A stretch of DNA of 63,790 nucleotides, the filler included, from Rhabdomonas costata (Eukaryota), in the NCBI GenBank assembly GCA_019059605.1. It is 33 parts of 33 records of this genome, joined end to end, with 100 filler letters (N's around TTAATTAATTAA, not from the genome) between each part and the next. Parts side by side here need not be neighbours in the genome. Positions count along the whole stretch, not along the records: positions 11,622 to 13,458 come from JAHMHO010008391.1; positions 13,559 to 15,395 come from JAHMHO010008392.1; positions 15,496 to 17,331 come from JAHMHO010008393.1; positions 17,432 to 19,268 come from JAHMHO010008394.1; positions 19,369 to 21,205 come from JAHMHO010008395.1; positions 21,306 to 23,142 come from JAHMHO010008396.1; 27 more parts are not named here. One strand, given 5' to 3'. The translations under genes and the position numbers were made by a program. The stretch's first letter is position 1, and every line of letters begins with the position of its first letter. This document shows positions 12,477-23,242 of this stretch, in pieces. The notes under the pieces were generated by a model. It worked only from the letters and a program-made list of their open reading frames with translations, searched no databases and was not told the DNA's origin.

Positions 12477-13565
12477 GGTTGAATGCAACCCTGTTTTGGG
12501 AGAAAATAAAAATCAGTCCTCCGGAATACAATCACCAATCTGGTTAGCTACAAATACAAAGTGTGGTGACAAACCTTTGCAAAATAGTTGACCCCAAGGG
12601 GCATTTGTGGACAGGATGACATATCAAAAAACCAGTGTTGAGGGCAGCCCACGGTAAAATGAGGCATTTCAACTGGATTTGTTTTCCTGGAGTACCTTCG
12701 CTGTGAAGCCACGGCTGTTGGAAACCTTGGCAAGCCTTGAGTATTCACAAGCCTTGACCATTTGAGCGGCAGAAATAAGCATATCCATGGCAATGTAGCC
12801 ATCTGGAGCTGTCCTTTTGCCATCCCGGGCACATTTCATCCAAACTTTTGAAGCAGCTGATGACGGATGCCCTTCTGTAGACATACTGTTCCCTGTTTAT
12901 GGCATGAACAGTAAGGCCGGGCGTTTCCGTAATGCACAATGAATGATTCTTAACGAGAGTCGGGAGAGTTTTTCCTTTCGATCGGTTAAATATTGAAAGT
13001 CCCTGATGGGGTCAGTTTTGGGGTGGGGTTCCCCCGGGGATGGGTTCAAGCGGGTGACTCTGTCTCCTGGTGAGGCCAGAATGGGTCTAGCAGGGAGATT
13101 GGCAGGATTGCATGCCCCAGGCACCCTAGTAGTAGTATACTTCAACGCAAAAGGGGTACTCCCGGCATCGCTTGATACCCCAGGGCAAAAACGATTCGGT
13201 GACCGAAACCTGAATAGAGGTTTGCAGAGATAGTCACCGTGCGTCTCCCCGTTACCGCGGTTAAGCCCTTGGCTTTGTTTGCTTTCTGCTTCTCGTGTGT
13301 TGTACCGGAAATGGTGGGTGTCTGTTTTCTAGATGGATGTGCTCCACTTCCCTCTCCGCGTGTCTGTGCTTAGGTGGGCAGGCGTTACGAAGGGGAGCTC
13401 CCAATACTTCCGGAGACATGTGGAAGGGGAGCACATCCACGAGAAAACAGACAGCCACNNNNNNNNNNNNNNNNNNNNNNNNNNNNNNNNNNNNNNNNNN
13501 NNTTAATTAATTAANNNNNNNNNNNNNNNNNNNNNNNNNNNNNNNNNNNNNNNNNNNNTTGTGGT

Positions 13566-14204
13566 GTGGAACCTCTGCTGGTGAAATGCCTCAGCAGCAA
13601 GGCTGTTTTTCCGCGCCGAAGCACCCCACTTGCAGAAGGTTTTGACCTGGCCAGTGCAGAAGATGTGGTCATTGCAGCTGGAGACAATGAGCTCATTCCC
13701 ACAGACTTGGCCTTTGCCATACCTACCGGCATGTGTGGACGCATTGCCCCGCGCAGTGGTTTGGCCTGGAAGCACCACATCTCGATTGGAGCGTGAGTAA
13801 TTGATCACGAATACCGAGAGAATGTAAAGATCTTGATGTTCAACCACTGGAGTATGGACTACCACGTCAAGAATGGTGGTCGGGTGGCGCAATTCCTGTT
13901 GGAGTACATTGCGACACCCCCCGTGCGCGTTGTTCCACAACTTCCGGGGAGTGTGCGAGGTAAAGGTGGGTTCGGATCCTCTGGAGATGGTTCGGTTTCG
14001 GAACCCCAGGCCGCACCTGGTGTTTCAGAGCAGCCAACACCAGAAGTGATCTACCCCAAAGCCGACGTCACACGGCAGTTGGACGTACGGCATGCGGCAT
14101 CTTCCAATTTGGCCGCTTCGGAATTGGAAAATGCTTTTCCTTATATATCACAGGTTGCCCTTTCAAGCAATTTTGTGTTGCCCCAATTGAGGTATCAGCT
14201 ATAA
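13566..14204 (+). pseudogene. dut: Intronless trimeric dUTPase, interrupted by an in-frame TGA, with a C-terminal extension
   Basis: All five motifs lie in one frame: [48 protein letters not shown] at 13794-13796 replaces the conserved Gly of motif 3, and the 12 codons after it continue in frame into ORF 13833-14204. Confidence 0.9.
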
Positions 14205-15928
14205 CGGCAAACATGCTCTTTGTCACTGTATATCAAGCCCTCATCATCTTTACCACGATGACTCCTGACTCACTTACTCATTTTGCACTGATTTCAATGT
14301 GCGTTTTTATGTCCCACTGCTGAGCTCGCGCTCGACGTTTCATTTACCATCTCTTTCTTTACAGTCAACCTGTGGTTCCCGCTGATACTGGCTGTCTTCT
14401 TACTTGTCCCATCACACTTGCTAGTGATGATTGATGGTCTCCACCAATCTGTGGCACTTGAAAATTTGCTTCTTTTCGTTTGCTCTACAGTTTGCGTCGT
14501 GTTTCATGGAGTGATGGCATAACTGGAACTTTCCAATGATGGTCTACTTGGCTCTCCCCACCTCAACTCGACTCTTTTAACTCAATCAACTCAGCCTCCA
14601 TTACACCAGTCGTTTTGCAGGTGATGCGGAACAAGCGTGCGTCCTGGATTGCGGCAATCTGGTATATTGTCCAATTTCTTCATACTCTCGCTTTTTCAAG
14701 TCCACCTGTGGCCGCATACACTTTGATTGCTGTCTTTATCTTTCGCAGTTAAGACTCAATTGGCACCTGAAGAACCTTTACAATGGCAGAAATAACAACG
14801 GTTGCGGAGGGGGCGTGTATGAAATATTTCCCATGAACACATTATTCTCTTTCGGAGTTCGTTGGAAATGAAGAATAAACAATGCAACACAGCCAATATA
14901 TTAACATACCAAATACTGAAAAAACCTACATCATCATGTATCACCTCTGAGTCTTCCTTCCATTCAGCTTTTCACTTGATAGCTCCTAATTTCGCTCATC
15001 GAAAAAACTCCAATCACACAGCACTGCCACCCTTGAGGGATTGAAGCTTGCTGACTACTTCTGTCAATCACTCTAGCTTTTTCAAGGTTGAGCTTGTCAG
15101 AAGACTCTTTTTCACGTGCCATCACGGCCAACAATGTGTTTCTATCGACTTTCTACTCGCCAGATGAAATAGATGTGCCGAATGATGTATCACTGGATGG
15201 GCACTTCGACAGCGACTACCTCCCTCCTTCAGTGCACGTAATTCAGTTTCCGTGAAGTCCCCTTTTCTGACCACTTTCGATAACTGAGACTGCGTGGACG
15301 TTGTCATTGAACAACGATCACTCCAACTTTGTCGTAGCCTCAAAGAAGGCTCTGGTAACATGAACATTCTTCACTGGCTCAAAAACGGCGTCTCCNNNNN
15401 NNNNNNNNNNNNNNNNNNNNNNNNNNNNNNNNNNNNNNNTTAATTAATTAANNNNNNNNNNNNNNNNNNNNNNNNNNNNNNNNNNNNNNNNNNNNTTTTG
15501 TGTTGCTACCGTAAACGTAAAAATGGTACAGTAAGAAAAATAAGAACAGAGTGCAAGGAAAAAAGATGACCGAATGACCAAAGGCACATTGCAGCTACCA
15601 CACCAAGGCACAACGTGGCGAGTACTCAGGGAAATTGTTGTAAAACAACGAAGCAAGAAACACAGAGAATATAATCAACTCATCGCCCCAACATGGCCCC
15701 AATTTCCTTGGCTGGGGAAATCACCTCGTACACTCCCGCATTCTCAGATCCTTGGGTCCGATGCATTCTGGGGACTCGGGACCCACTCTCGCTTCAACCT
15801 TGCCCAGATGATGCAAGCACCCAACCGAGCGGTTTGATGACTTTGAGCCGTATGACAACCGCAGAGGATCCTTGTAAAATGCGTTTCAAAAAGGAATTTT
15901 TTTCAATTCAAAAGTGAAGTGACCACAC

Positions 15929-16934
15929 CTGGTCATAAAGCAGTGTTAACTTCTCTGCAGGAAGGCTCACACGGCTAACGGCACGCAGCACCGCGTCCCA
16001 GTTGCCTTGCTGAATGTCAGTAACAAACTGCTCGAGCGAATCCACCGTGTTCAGGGAAACATGACTCTCGTTCTTTGAAAAGGAGAAGAACAAGAGTCGG
16101 GCCATCCCAAAAAGCGCAGAAAGGGAAAGGGGTTTGAATTGCCACGTGGACCTGCAAAGCTTGAAGGGTTGAATTGAGGTTGTTTTCTGCACAGAACTGC
16201 AGAATCAAACGAATTATGCTGTGAAGAAAATTGAAGAAGAAAAATCAAGGGTCACAAATTATGCCAAAGCAACAAAGTTCACACGCTCGGCTCCTTGATG
16301 AAAAACATCACAGCACCAGAATGTCCAAAGAGTTCAACAGAGCGTGCAGAAATACAAAGAAGGGGTTAAGAAGGGTTAAGGGAAAAGGGAATTATGGACG
16401 ACTTCAACACCAAGTTTTGATCAAGTTAACAAGTAAGCAAGGCAAGAGGAGAGCTGCTGAAGGTCTCGGCTCCTTGCCAAAAAACAACCTGCGGAAGTTC
16501 TAAATGCTGATTCAAAGTGGGGGTTTGGGTTAGGGAAGTAACATTCAAGACAGGACACGCAATTTCGACAACAAGGGGGTTTCCAATTAGATTCCTTTAG
16601 TTTTGGTCTAATGCGGTAGTAAATTTCAAAACAAGCCGGTAGGGTCAAGTGACCAAAAGGTCCGCGAACAAAAGCACGAAAAAAAACAACGGCATTCAAC
16701 TTGAGATTATTGTCATCATTTCAGATGAAAAGAATTTCAAATCTTTGTAAAAATGCACCACACATTGAACGTAACGTGACTAAAATCAAAGTTTGTAGTA
16801 ATTGATTGACACCATATTAGAATTCAGAAATTCGCCACAGTGAAATAAAATGAACTCAAGTTTAAACTGAACATAAAACTCAAATTTAATTACGACACAA
16901 CATACTCCGGAGCTTCAATTTCCAGCTCATCCAT
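15929..16934 (-). CDS. SMU1: WD40-repeat spliceosomal protein SMU1, N-terminal LisH/CTLH region (exons 16934-16906, 16218-16152, 16072-15929; 3' partial)
   Basis: Spliced: MDELEIEAPDIIRLILQFCAENNLNSTLQALQNESHVSLNTVDSLEQFVTDIQQGNWDAVLRAVSRVSLPAEKLTLLYDQ, matching the SMU1 signature 'VSLNTVDS..F..DI..G.WD'. All introns are GT-AG and phase-consistent. Confidence 0.93.
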
Positions 16935-17431
16935 ATCTCAACCCAAACCAATCAAAAGACGAAAGCTTTTCTATAGTACCAAAATTTTTGTAACGCTTGA
17001 AGGAGACAGTATCTCGATGTCTGGGGTTTCATTTTTTACTCAAAGGGCATTTTTTCATTATAGTTTTCTTGGTCTGAGCCTTTCCCCAACTCCTACAAAC
17101 TCCTACAAACAAAGGTGAAGGATGTTTCTATCCTTTCCAGGTGCAATCGCGCTCAGAGTTCAAATAAAGGTTATCCATTATCCATCGGTTGTGTTAGTTT
17201 GGTTTGGGTGAAACACTTTCGTGACAAGGACGGCGGTCCGGTGACAGCACGAACAGCATTGAGGGTGTTCACGGGGTCAAGAAGATGGGACCTTCCGTTT
17301 ACCCCTGCTTCCTTCACGGATACTGCTGCTGNNNNNNNNNNNNNNNNNNNNNNNNNNNNNNNNNNNNNNNNNNNNTTAATTAATTAANNNNNNNNNNNNN
17401 NNNNNNNNNNNNNNNNNNNNNNNNNNNNNNN

Positions 17432-17627
17432 GGGGTGGGTGGTCTGCCTGGCCACCGCACACCCCGCGAAGTTCCCGGAGGCCATTGGAGAGGCCACCCA
17501 GGGCAAGGCCACCGCCACACACTCCACCCTGGCCGACCTCCCCTCAAAGCCTTCGCGGTGCGAGGTGCTGCCCAACTCCGTGGAGGCCGTGAAGTGCTTC
17601 CTGTCCAAGAGCATGCCGGACTGCTGA
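17432..17627 (+). CDS. thrC: Threonine synthase C-terminus (terminal exon, 5' partial)
   Basis: VVCLATAHPAKFPEAI...LADLPSKPSRCEVLPNSVEAVKCFL...TGA; TAHPAKF is the threonine synthase C-terminal motif. Confidence 0.88.
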
Positions 17628-18492
17628 GAAGGACGGAAGGACAGGAAGAGGGGTCCTCCCTCTCTCCTCATCTGACTCCAGTGACCCGAGACAGTGGGTA
17701 GGGATGGCAGTAAGGGAGGCGGGAGAGGATGGGAGGGTCGAAAAGGGTAGGTTCCCGTATGTTTTTATTATGGATGAACACAACTGATACTTTTGTCTTT
17801 GTGGCAGCGTGTAACGCTGCGAGGAGGTAGAGTCTGTTGGAACATCAGCAGACGATGACATACATTCTTTTGTCGCCCGTCTGACTTGAAAGACCACCGC
17901 TGTGGGGAATGCGTATAAATGTTTCTGACTCTCGAAACGGCGCGGAAGTGTCGCAAACCCAAACACCTCATCGAGCAAATCTGGGATGCATACTCGATTT
18001 CAACGACTGAAGCAGTTGATAATATCTTGTGAATGATTTTCGTCTCGCGATGGGGTTTCAGATAAGCAATATGCATTTGGATGTCCAGGGATGTCCAGAA
18101 AGGCCAAAGTTCAGTACTTTCAGTTTTTCGTGCTCTTCATTAGCGGTGAGGCTGTGGCCTTGCGTTTTCATCTCCACGCCCAGACACTCTGTTTCTGTTG
18201 TTTTGACACCCCTCTGTTTGAACTTTTTGGTGCCCCCGTGATTGGTGGGCGGGGATGTCATCGTTTCCGGCGGTTCCGGTCGACCAACTGATCGCCGATG
18301 CGGTAAGCCTCAGCGATGCCTCCTTTCGCTTTTTCGCACCTCGCTTGCTTAACCTCAACTGCACGCTCATCTTTTCTGGACTGTGTAAGGTCCTCAGCTC
18401 TTCTTTTGTGGTTGCGTCGCGGTGAACTACTGAGGACCGCGTGTTGCCCGCCTTTTTTGTGTTTCAATGTTGAGTTCGTGTTTTCCCATCGC

Positions 18493-18796
18493 ATGCTCTT
18501 GCGGGGGGCCGGGGCACAGCTTGCGGGGCTACGAGACGAGGGCTTTGACAGCACCTTGGGGCCCATTGCCCGTTCCGAAGGGGACACTGACGTGGGTGAG
18601 TCCGATAGCCGCAGCGTCTCTGCGAGGGACGTGGGCGGTGGCCGAGACTGTGAGGCCAGCGACGGGGAGGAGCCCGAGGTGCCTGAGGGACCTGCATGGT
18701 GGCTGGTGGGGCTGACCCGGGTCGTGCTCAACCTGCAGAGGCTTGTAGTGAAACCCTTTGTGGTGGCATTCGCCGTGGCTATGGGTCTCTCGGCAG
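18493..18796 (+). CDS. Probable first exon of a small membrane protein (acidic low-complexity stretch followed by a hydrophobic helix)
   Basis: ATG at 18493 opens a GC3-rich frame ...SDGEEPEVPEGPAWWLVGLTRVVLNLQRLVVKPFVVAFAVAMGLSA; candidate donor G|gttgaa. Confidence 0.4.
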
Positions 18797-19143
18797 GTTG
18801 AAGGGTGACCTGGTTTTTCTTTTTTTGGCGCCGGACTTTGTCGGGCATAGGCGATGGATGGTGATGTAAAGGGGCGACAGTGATGTACAGGAGGCGTGTG
18901 ATGGCGCCCGTTTGTCACTACGGAGCAGCGTGTGTTGTCGATTCTGCCAAGCGTATGCCAGAGGCACCCTTCAGAGAGAACACATTAATATTCTGGATGC
19001 ATCACATCGGTGTGATCTTGCACCCCACTGCCACTATCGGAGAGCGTGAGTAGGTTCCCAACTTACTCGATACATGTTCGAAGCCCCCTCAAAGTTCATA
19101 TACTCAACCCCGTTCTGTTGCCAAGCTTCTTGCTTGGGGTTCC

Positions 19144-19262
19144 TGGGGCTGTGCGCAAAGGATTCACATGCTTCGGAATCCTGGAGGCCTCCCGGCTGAA
19201 CCCGTTCCCGCGGGTCACCGGTCCTGCAGCCGCAGCATGTGAATCCTTTGCGCACAGCCCCA
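19144..19262. repeat. 119-bp hairpin / MITE-like element with 29-bp perfect terminal inverted repeats
   Basis: tggggctgtgcgcaaaggattcacatgct (19144-19172) is the exact reverse complement of 19234-19262. Confidence 0.9.
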
Positions 19263-19855
19263 CAAACCNNNNNNNNNNNNNNNNNNNNNNNNNNNNNNNN
19301 NNNNNNNNNNNNTTAATTAATTAANNNNNNNNNNNNNNNNNNNNNNNNNNNNNNNNNNNNNNNNNNNNGTTTGTGCACCAAGCGTTGAACCCCGGGTCAA
19401 TGCTTGGTGCAGAAATTGTCCTCAAATCGCCCCCCTCCCCCGCCATAAGATGGGGATAGAGGATAATATGGAGATTCTGGGGAAAGGGGGGTTGGCTGCG
19501 CATGACATGGAGATCGACGTCCAGAGGGCAGGCATAGAGCAGATGCTCCTTTGTTGCGCAGACATATGGGATGGTTGGGCGCCCCCCCCCCTCTGAGCCA
19601 GCAACTGCTGGGTGTGCAAAAAGCCCTTGCCTCGCACCGTTCCATAACGACCTCAGACGTAATTTCCATTTATGTGCGTGTATGTGCATGCAAGTGTGTT
19701 TGCAATCGAAAGAGTCGTTGTGCGAAACCAAGCCTGCTTTGCCGTCAAACGGTAGAATGCGCATCGGAGGACACCCCACTTTCCTTGGATGCCCTGTTCC
19801 CTTAAATTTGTCGCTTTTCATTTAACAATGAATCTGATACCGGCATTTCTCCAAG

Positions 19856-20508
19856 GAATGTGGGAGATCTCTTTGGCCTTCTCGCGGGGCCTGAGGTTGT
19901 AGGCATGCGGGAGCGGACAGAAGGAGCCGTTGCGGTAGTTGAAGCCCGGGTCTCCGTAAAGGGGCTGCCGCAGGTACGGGATGCCCTCGCTCTGAGGGAA
20001 AAGGGGGAAAATTGCGTGGAGGGGTGGGGGCCCGTGCTGAACGAACAGGACAGCATTCGATTACAGAGAGGCCAGCGCACGGAGACCAAACATGATTACC
20101 AACACCTAATCTCAACCCTAAAGCATCCGAAGTGAGCATCTACGCGTGCGTGTATGTGGGGCGGGCGTTAAATGTTTAAAGGCCGTCACCAGGCGAAGAA
20201 TTTAATACACCGTCATCTATGGGAAGTGGAAAAATATTCTGACCCCCTTTCGTAAAAAAAAACATCAAGTAGTGGATGCAGGCAAACCAGAACCATTAAT
20301 AAAAAATAACGATGTTTGACGGAGTTAAAGAAAACAAAACAAAAGGTAAATTTATGCATACCTGTGCTGAGGCGGACCCGGACATGCTCTTCGTTGGGGA
20401 GGCGCTCTTCCACCGAGTGGAGCTGAACGAGAGCGCTGGGTCGATGTCCTTGGTGGGCTCCCTCCCCCGGAACACAGGCTCCCCGGCTGAGGCCTACCAC
20501 ATTGGGGG
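19856..20508 (+). CDS. Two probable exons (about 19856-19973 and 20372-20508) of an unknown protein
   Basis: GC3-rich frames NVGDLFGLLAGPEVVGMRERTEGAVAVVEARVSVKGLPQ| and ADPDMLFVGEALFHRVELNESAGSMSLVGSLPRNTGSPAEAYHIG; donors gtacgg and gtgaga. The second acceptor would be GAG. Confidence 0.45.
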
Positions 20509-21525
20509 GTGAGATGGTTAGAAGGACCAGCGTTGGAAGGAACACCGCCCATTAAACAGCCATGGTTGGTTCACCGCTGCAGTGCCGAAGAATTCTCGTA
20601 CCCATGACGACCCGTTCACGTACCCAACCCGAAGTGCTCGTCACTTTGAATATTGCATTGGTGCTGTTCCACTTTATGAGGAGGATCCCGACAGAAGGTA
20701 AGTGAGGCAAGTTTCCCACATGACCAAACTAGCGTGGGGCTTCGAAGACGAGTCAGGGGGATCCAGGATTGGGTAGAGGGCAGTGTGCTTCCACGGGAGC
20801 TACGGGCGGGTGTGTGTGTGTGTGACGATCTAATCGTGCTGGCAAGTCTTCTTCCCGTCCAAAACTAGGAAGCGATCCCCATTTTGTGTCATGTGCGCAT
20901 TAGCTTCTTCATCACCAACGGGAAAATTTCTTGCAGTGTCACTACAACTCGAGAGAAAATCACCGGTCCAGAACCTTTCAGCACCTACACACGAGACGGG
21001 GATGGCATACCCACGGTGTGCCGGGGTGCTTCCACTTGCTCTTCCGGCTCAATGCCATCATGAACGAAGAGTCCGGAGAAAGCGAGGGAGGGCGGCCAAC
21101 GTGCCGCAAGGACCCAAGGGACTCGGCTGCTCCCTGAATTGTAACAGAGGCGATGTGGATTATGGCTTTTGGGGGGTGTAAACGTGCCCCTCCCACACCC
21201 ACACCNNNNNNNNNNNNNNNNNNNNNNNNNNNNNNNNNNNNNNNNNNNNTTAATTAATTAANNNNNNNNNNNNNNNNNNNNNNNNNNNNNNNNNNNNNNN
21301 NNNNNTTTTAGGTCAAATTTGACTCTTTTTGGGTGCCTACTGGAGACTTCACAAGCGAGCAAGGCAAGGTCATGCTACAGGGAGTCGTACTACAGGGAGG
21401 CGTGTGCGCTAGGGCCAATAACAACCCTTGGGAAAGGAGGGCGGAAAGAAGTCAACACAAGAGGTAGGGAACAGGCTGTACGGCAAAGATAAAAAATAGT
21501 GCAGGCGCGCCTGGCAGTAGGTTCA

Positions 21526-21555
21526 GGGTTTGGGTTTGGGTTTGGGTTTGGGTTT
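21526..21555. repeat. (GGGTTT)5 telomere-like interstitial microsatellite
   Basis: Read directly; flanked by the variant units gttcagg and ttagg. Confidence 0.85.
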
Positions 21556-23242
21556 AGGCTGTGGTGTCCCTATGATCGCAGTGATCAATGAGGTTCGCGA
21601 GCCATGGGGTTCTCATTTTTCCAGCCGCTAAAAAGTCTGTGCAAAAAATACTCTTACGAATCGATTACAACACCTCAGTAACGCAAGGCCCCCCAGGTAG
21701 CGTTTCCGAAGGTAGCGAATTTACCAGAATCCCATTCAGCGAGCAATACGCCTCTCCGAAGTGTATCGAAAGCACACCATGTCCCCACATAGATATGCAC
21801 ACAAACCAGCTCCGCAACGAGGTCTGTGAAGGGTCTCGCAAAGGAGAGGCCTCCAACGGATGTGGGAGGGGGAGGGACACAATATCCCTCGCGCCCCGAA
21901 CAACGCATTGGCGTCATCAAAGTAAACAGCGGTAAAGCCTGGGGGCTGTCAAACGCAATGCGATGCAACGGCATGGGAAGCGCGGAGCGTGTGGGGAGCA
22001 AACAGAGAAGACTGCAGCTACAAAACGAGGAATGGCGGTATCATTCCCGATGCGGGATAGAACGAGAGGTCGGCCATGAAAACAAGGTGCATCGGGAGTG
22101 GAGCGACCAAACTTACAAAGCCCTTAAACGATTGAACGAAAAAGCGAAACTTGCACCGAAGAGACAAGGAGCAGAAGGGCGATAACACAGTGGCAACGGC
22201 AGGGCAGTGGAAACACAGCAGTGCCAAACTCACGCAATCACACCGATATCCACCGCGCTGGAAATGCGGGCTCCAAATGAGCGCTACAAAGAGTCCAACC
22301 CCCAGCTCACAGCTGCCGCGGGGGCGATTGCATTTGGGAAACGAAGCACTTATTATCATCAATCATGATCACAGTGTGGAAATCGTTTTTCATATCCACT
22401 TTTTTCTTTGACTTCACTTAAAGTTCGCGTCTTTTGCATACAATCCGCTACCCGTGGCAAAGAAAATGGAATGAAAAAAGGGGGTCAAGGAAATTTACCA
22501 TATAGTTCCAGGTGATCACCAGGTTTTGGCACATCTTGATTTTCCAGTACACTTTGTGTGTCTCACGTCATTCCACTGTCCAAGCCAGTTCCAGTCACAA
22601 CGGTAATCAGGTTATGTACGACAAACATAGACGCACATAGGGCCCGCCTCACCATCCCATGCTTAAACCTGGAAAACGGCATTGATAACAACCCACGTTT
22701 TCGAAGTCCCATTTCAATGCGATTTCTTTCGTCTTTCGACCTTTCCTCCGCTGCAAAGTCTAAAATGCTCACCAACGCAACAACGCACCAAACGCAATTT
22801 ACCAATTTTTTAATTGTACAATCCCGGTCACCCTAACTCCAAAAAAGTACTTTCATTCGTTAACTTGGGTAGCGATACAACCTTCATAGGAAATTTTCCT
22901 TGGAAGCTCTTAGCTTGGCGTCTGGTTAGGTGGGCAGCATGCCGCCAACTGGATTTCAGGCTGGACCCTTTCTAGCACAGACAGAACCATGACACCAAGG
23001 CAATGCCACAGCCCTGAATTGACCAAGCACCTGGCGTGACGTAAGATCAGGCCACAGGAAAGGCAAAAGCGTGAGTCCCTGCCACAAGAAGGCATTGAAA
23101 GGCAGTCAGCTCGTTAGGGGGTGTGGCACTTACCACCCCCCCNNNNNNNNNNNNNNNNNNNNNNNNNNNNNNNNNNNNNNNNNNNNTTAATTAATTAANN
23201 NNNNNNNNNNNNNNNNNNNNNNNNNNNNNNNNNNNNNNNNNN

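Noticed and set aside
13793..13798. GTGAGT at the dUTPase stop read as a splice donor
   Set aside because: Motif 3 (VIDxxYR) continues immediately and in frame, so splicing here would delete essential residues.
21526..21555. Telomere or chromosome end
   Set aside because: Only five GGGTTT units, internal to the contig with unique sequence on both sides.
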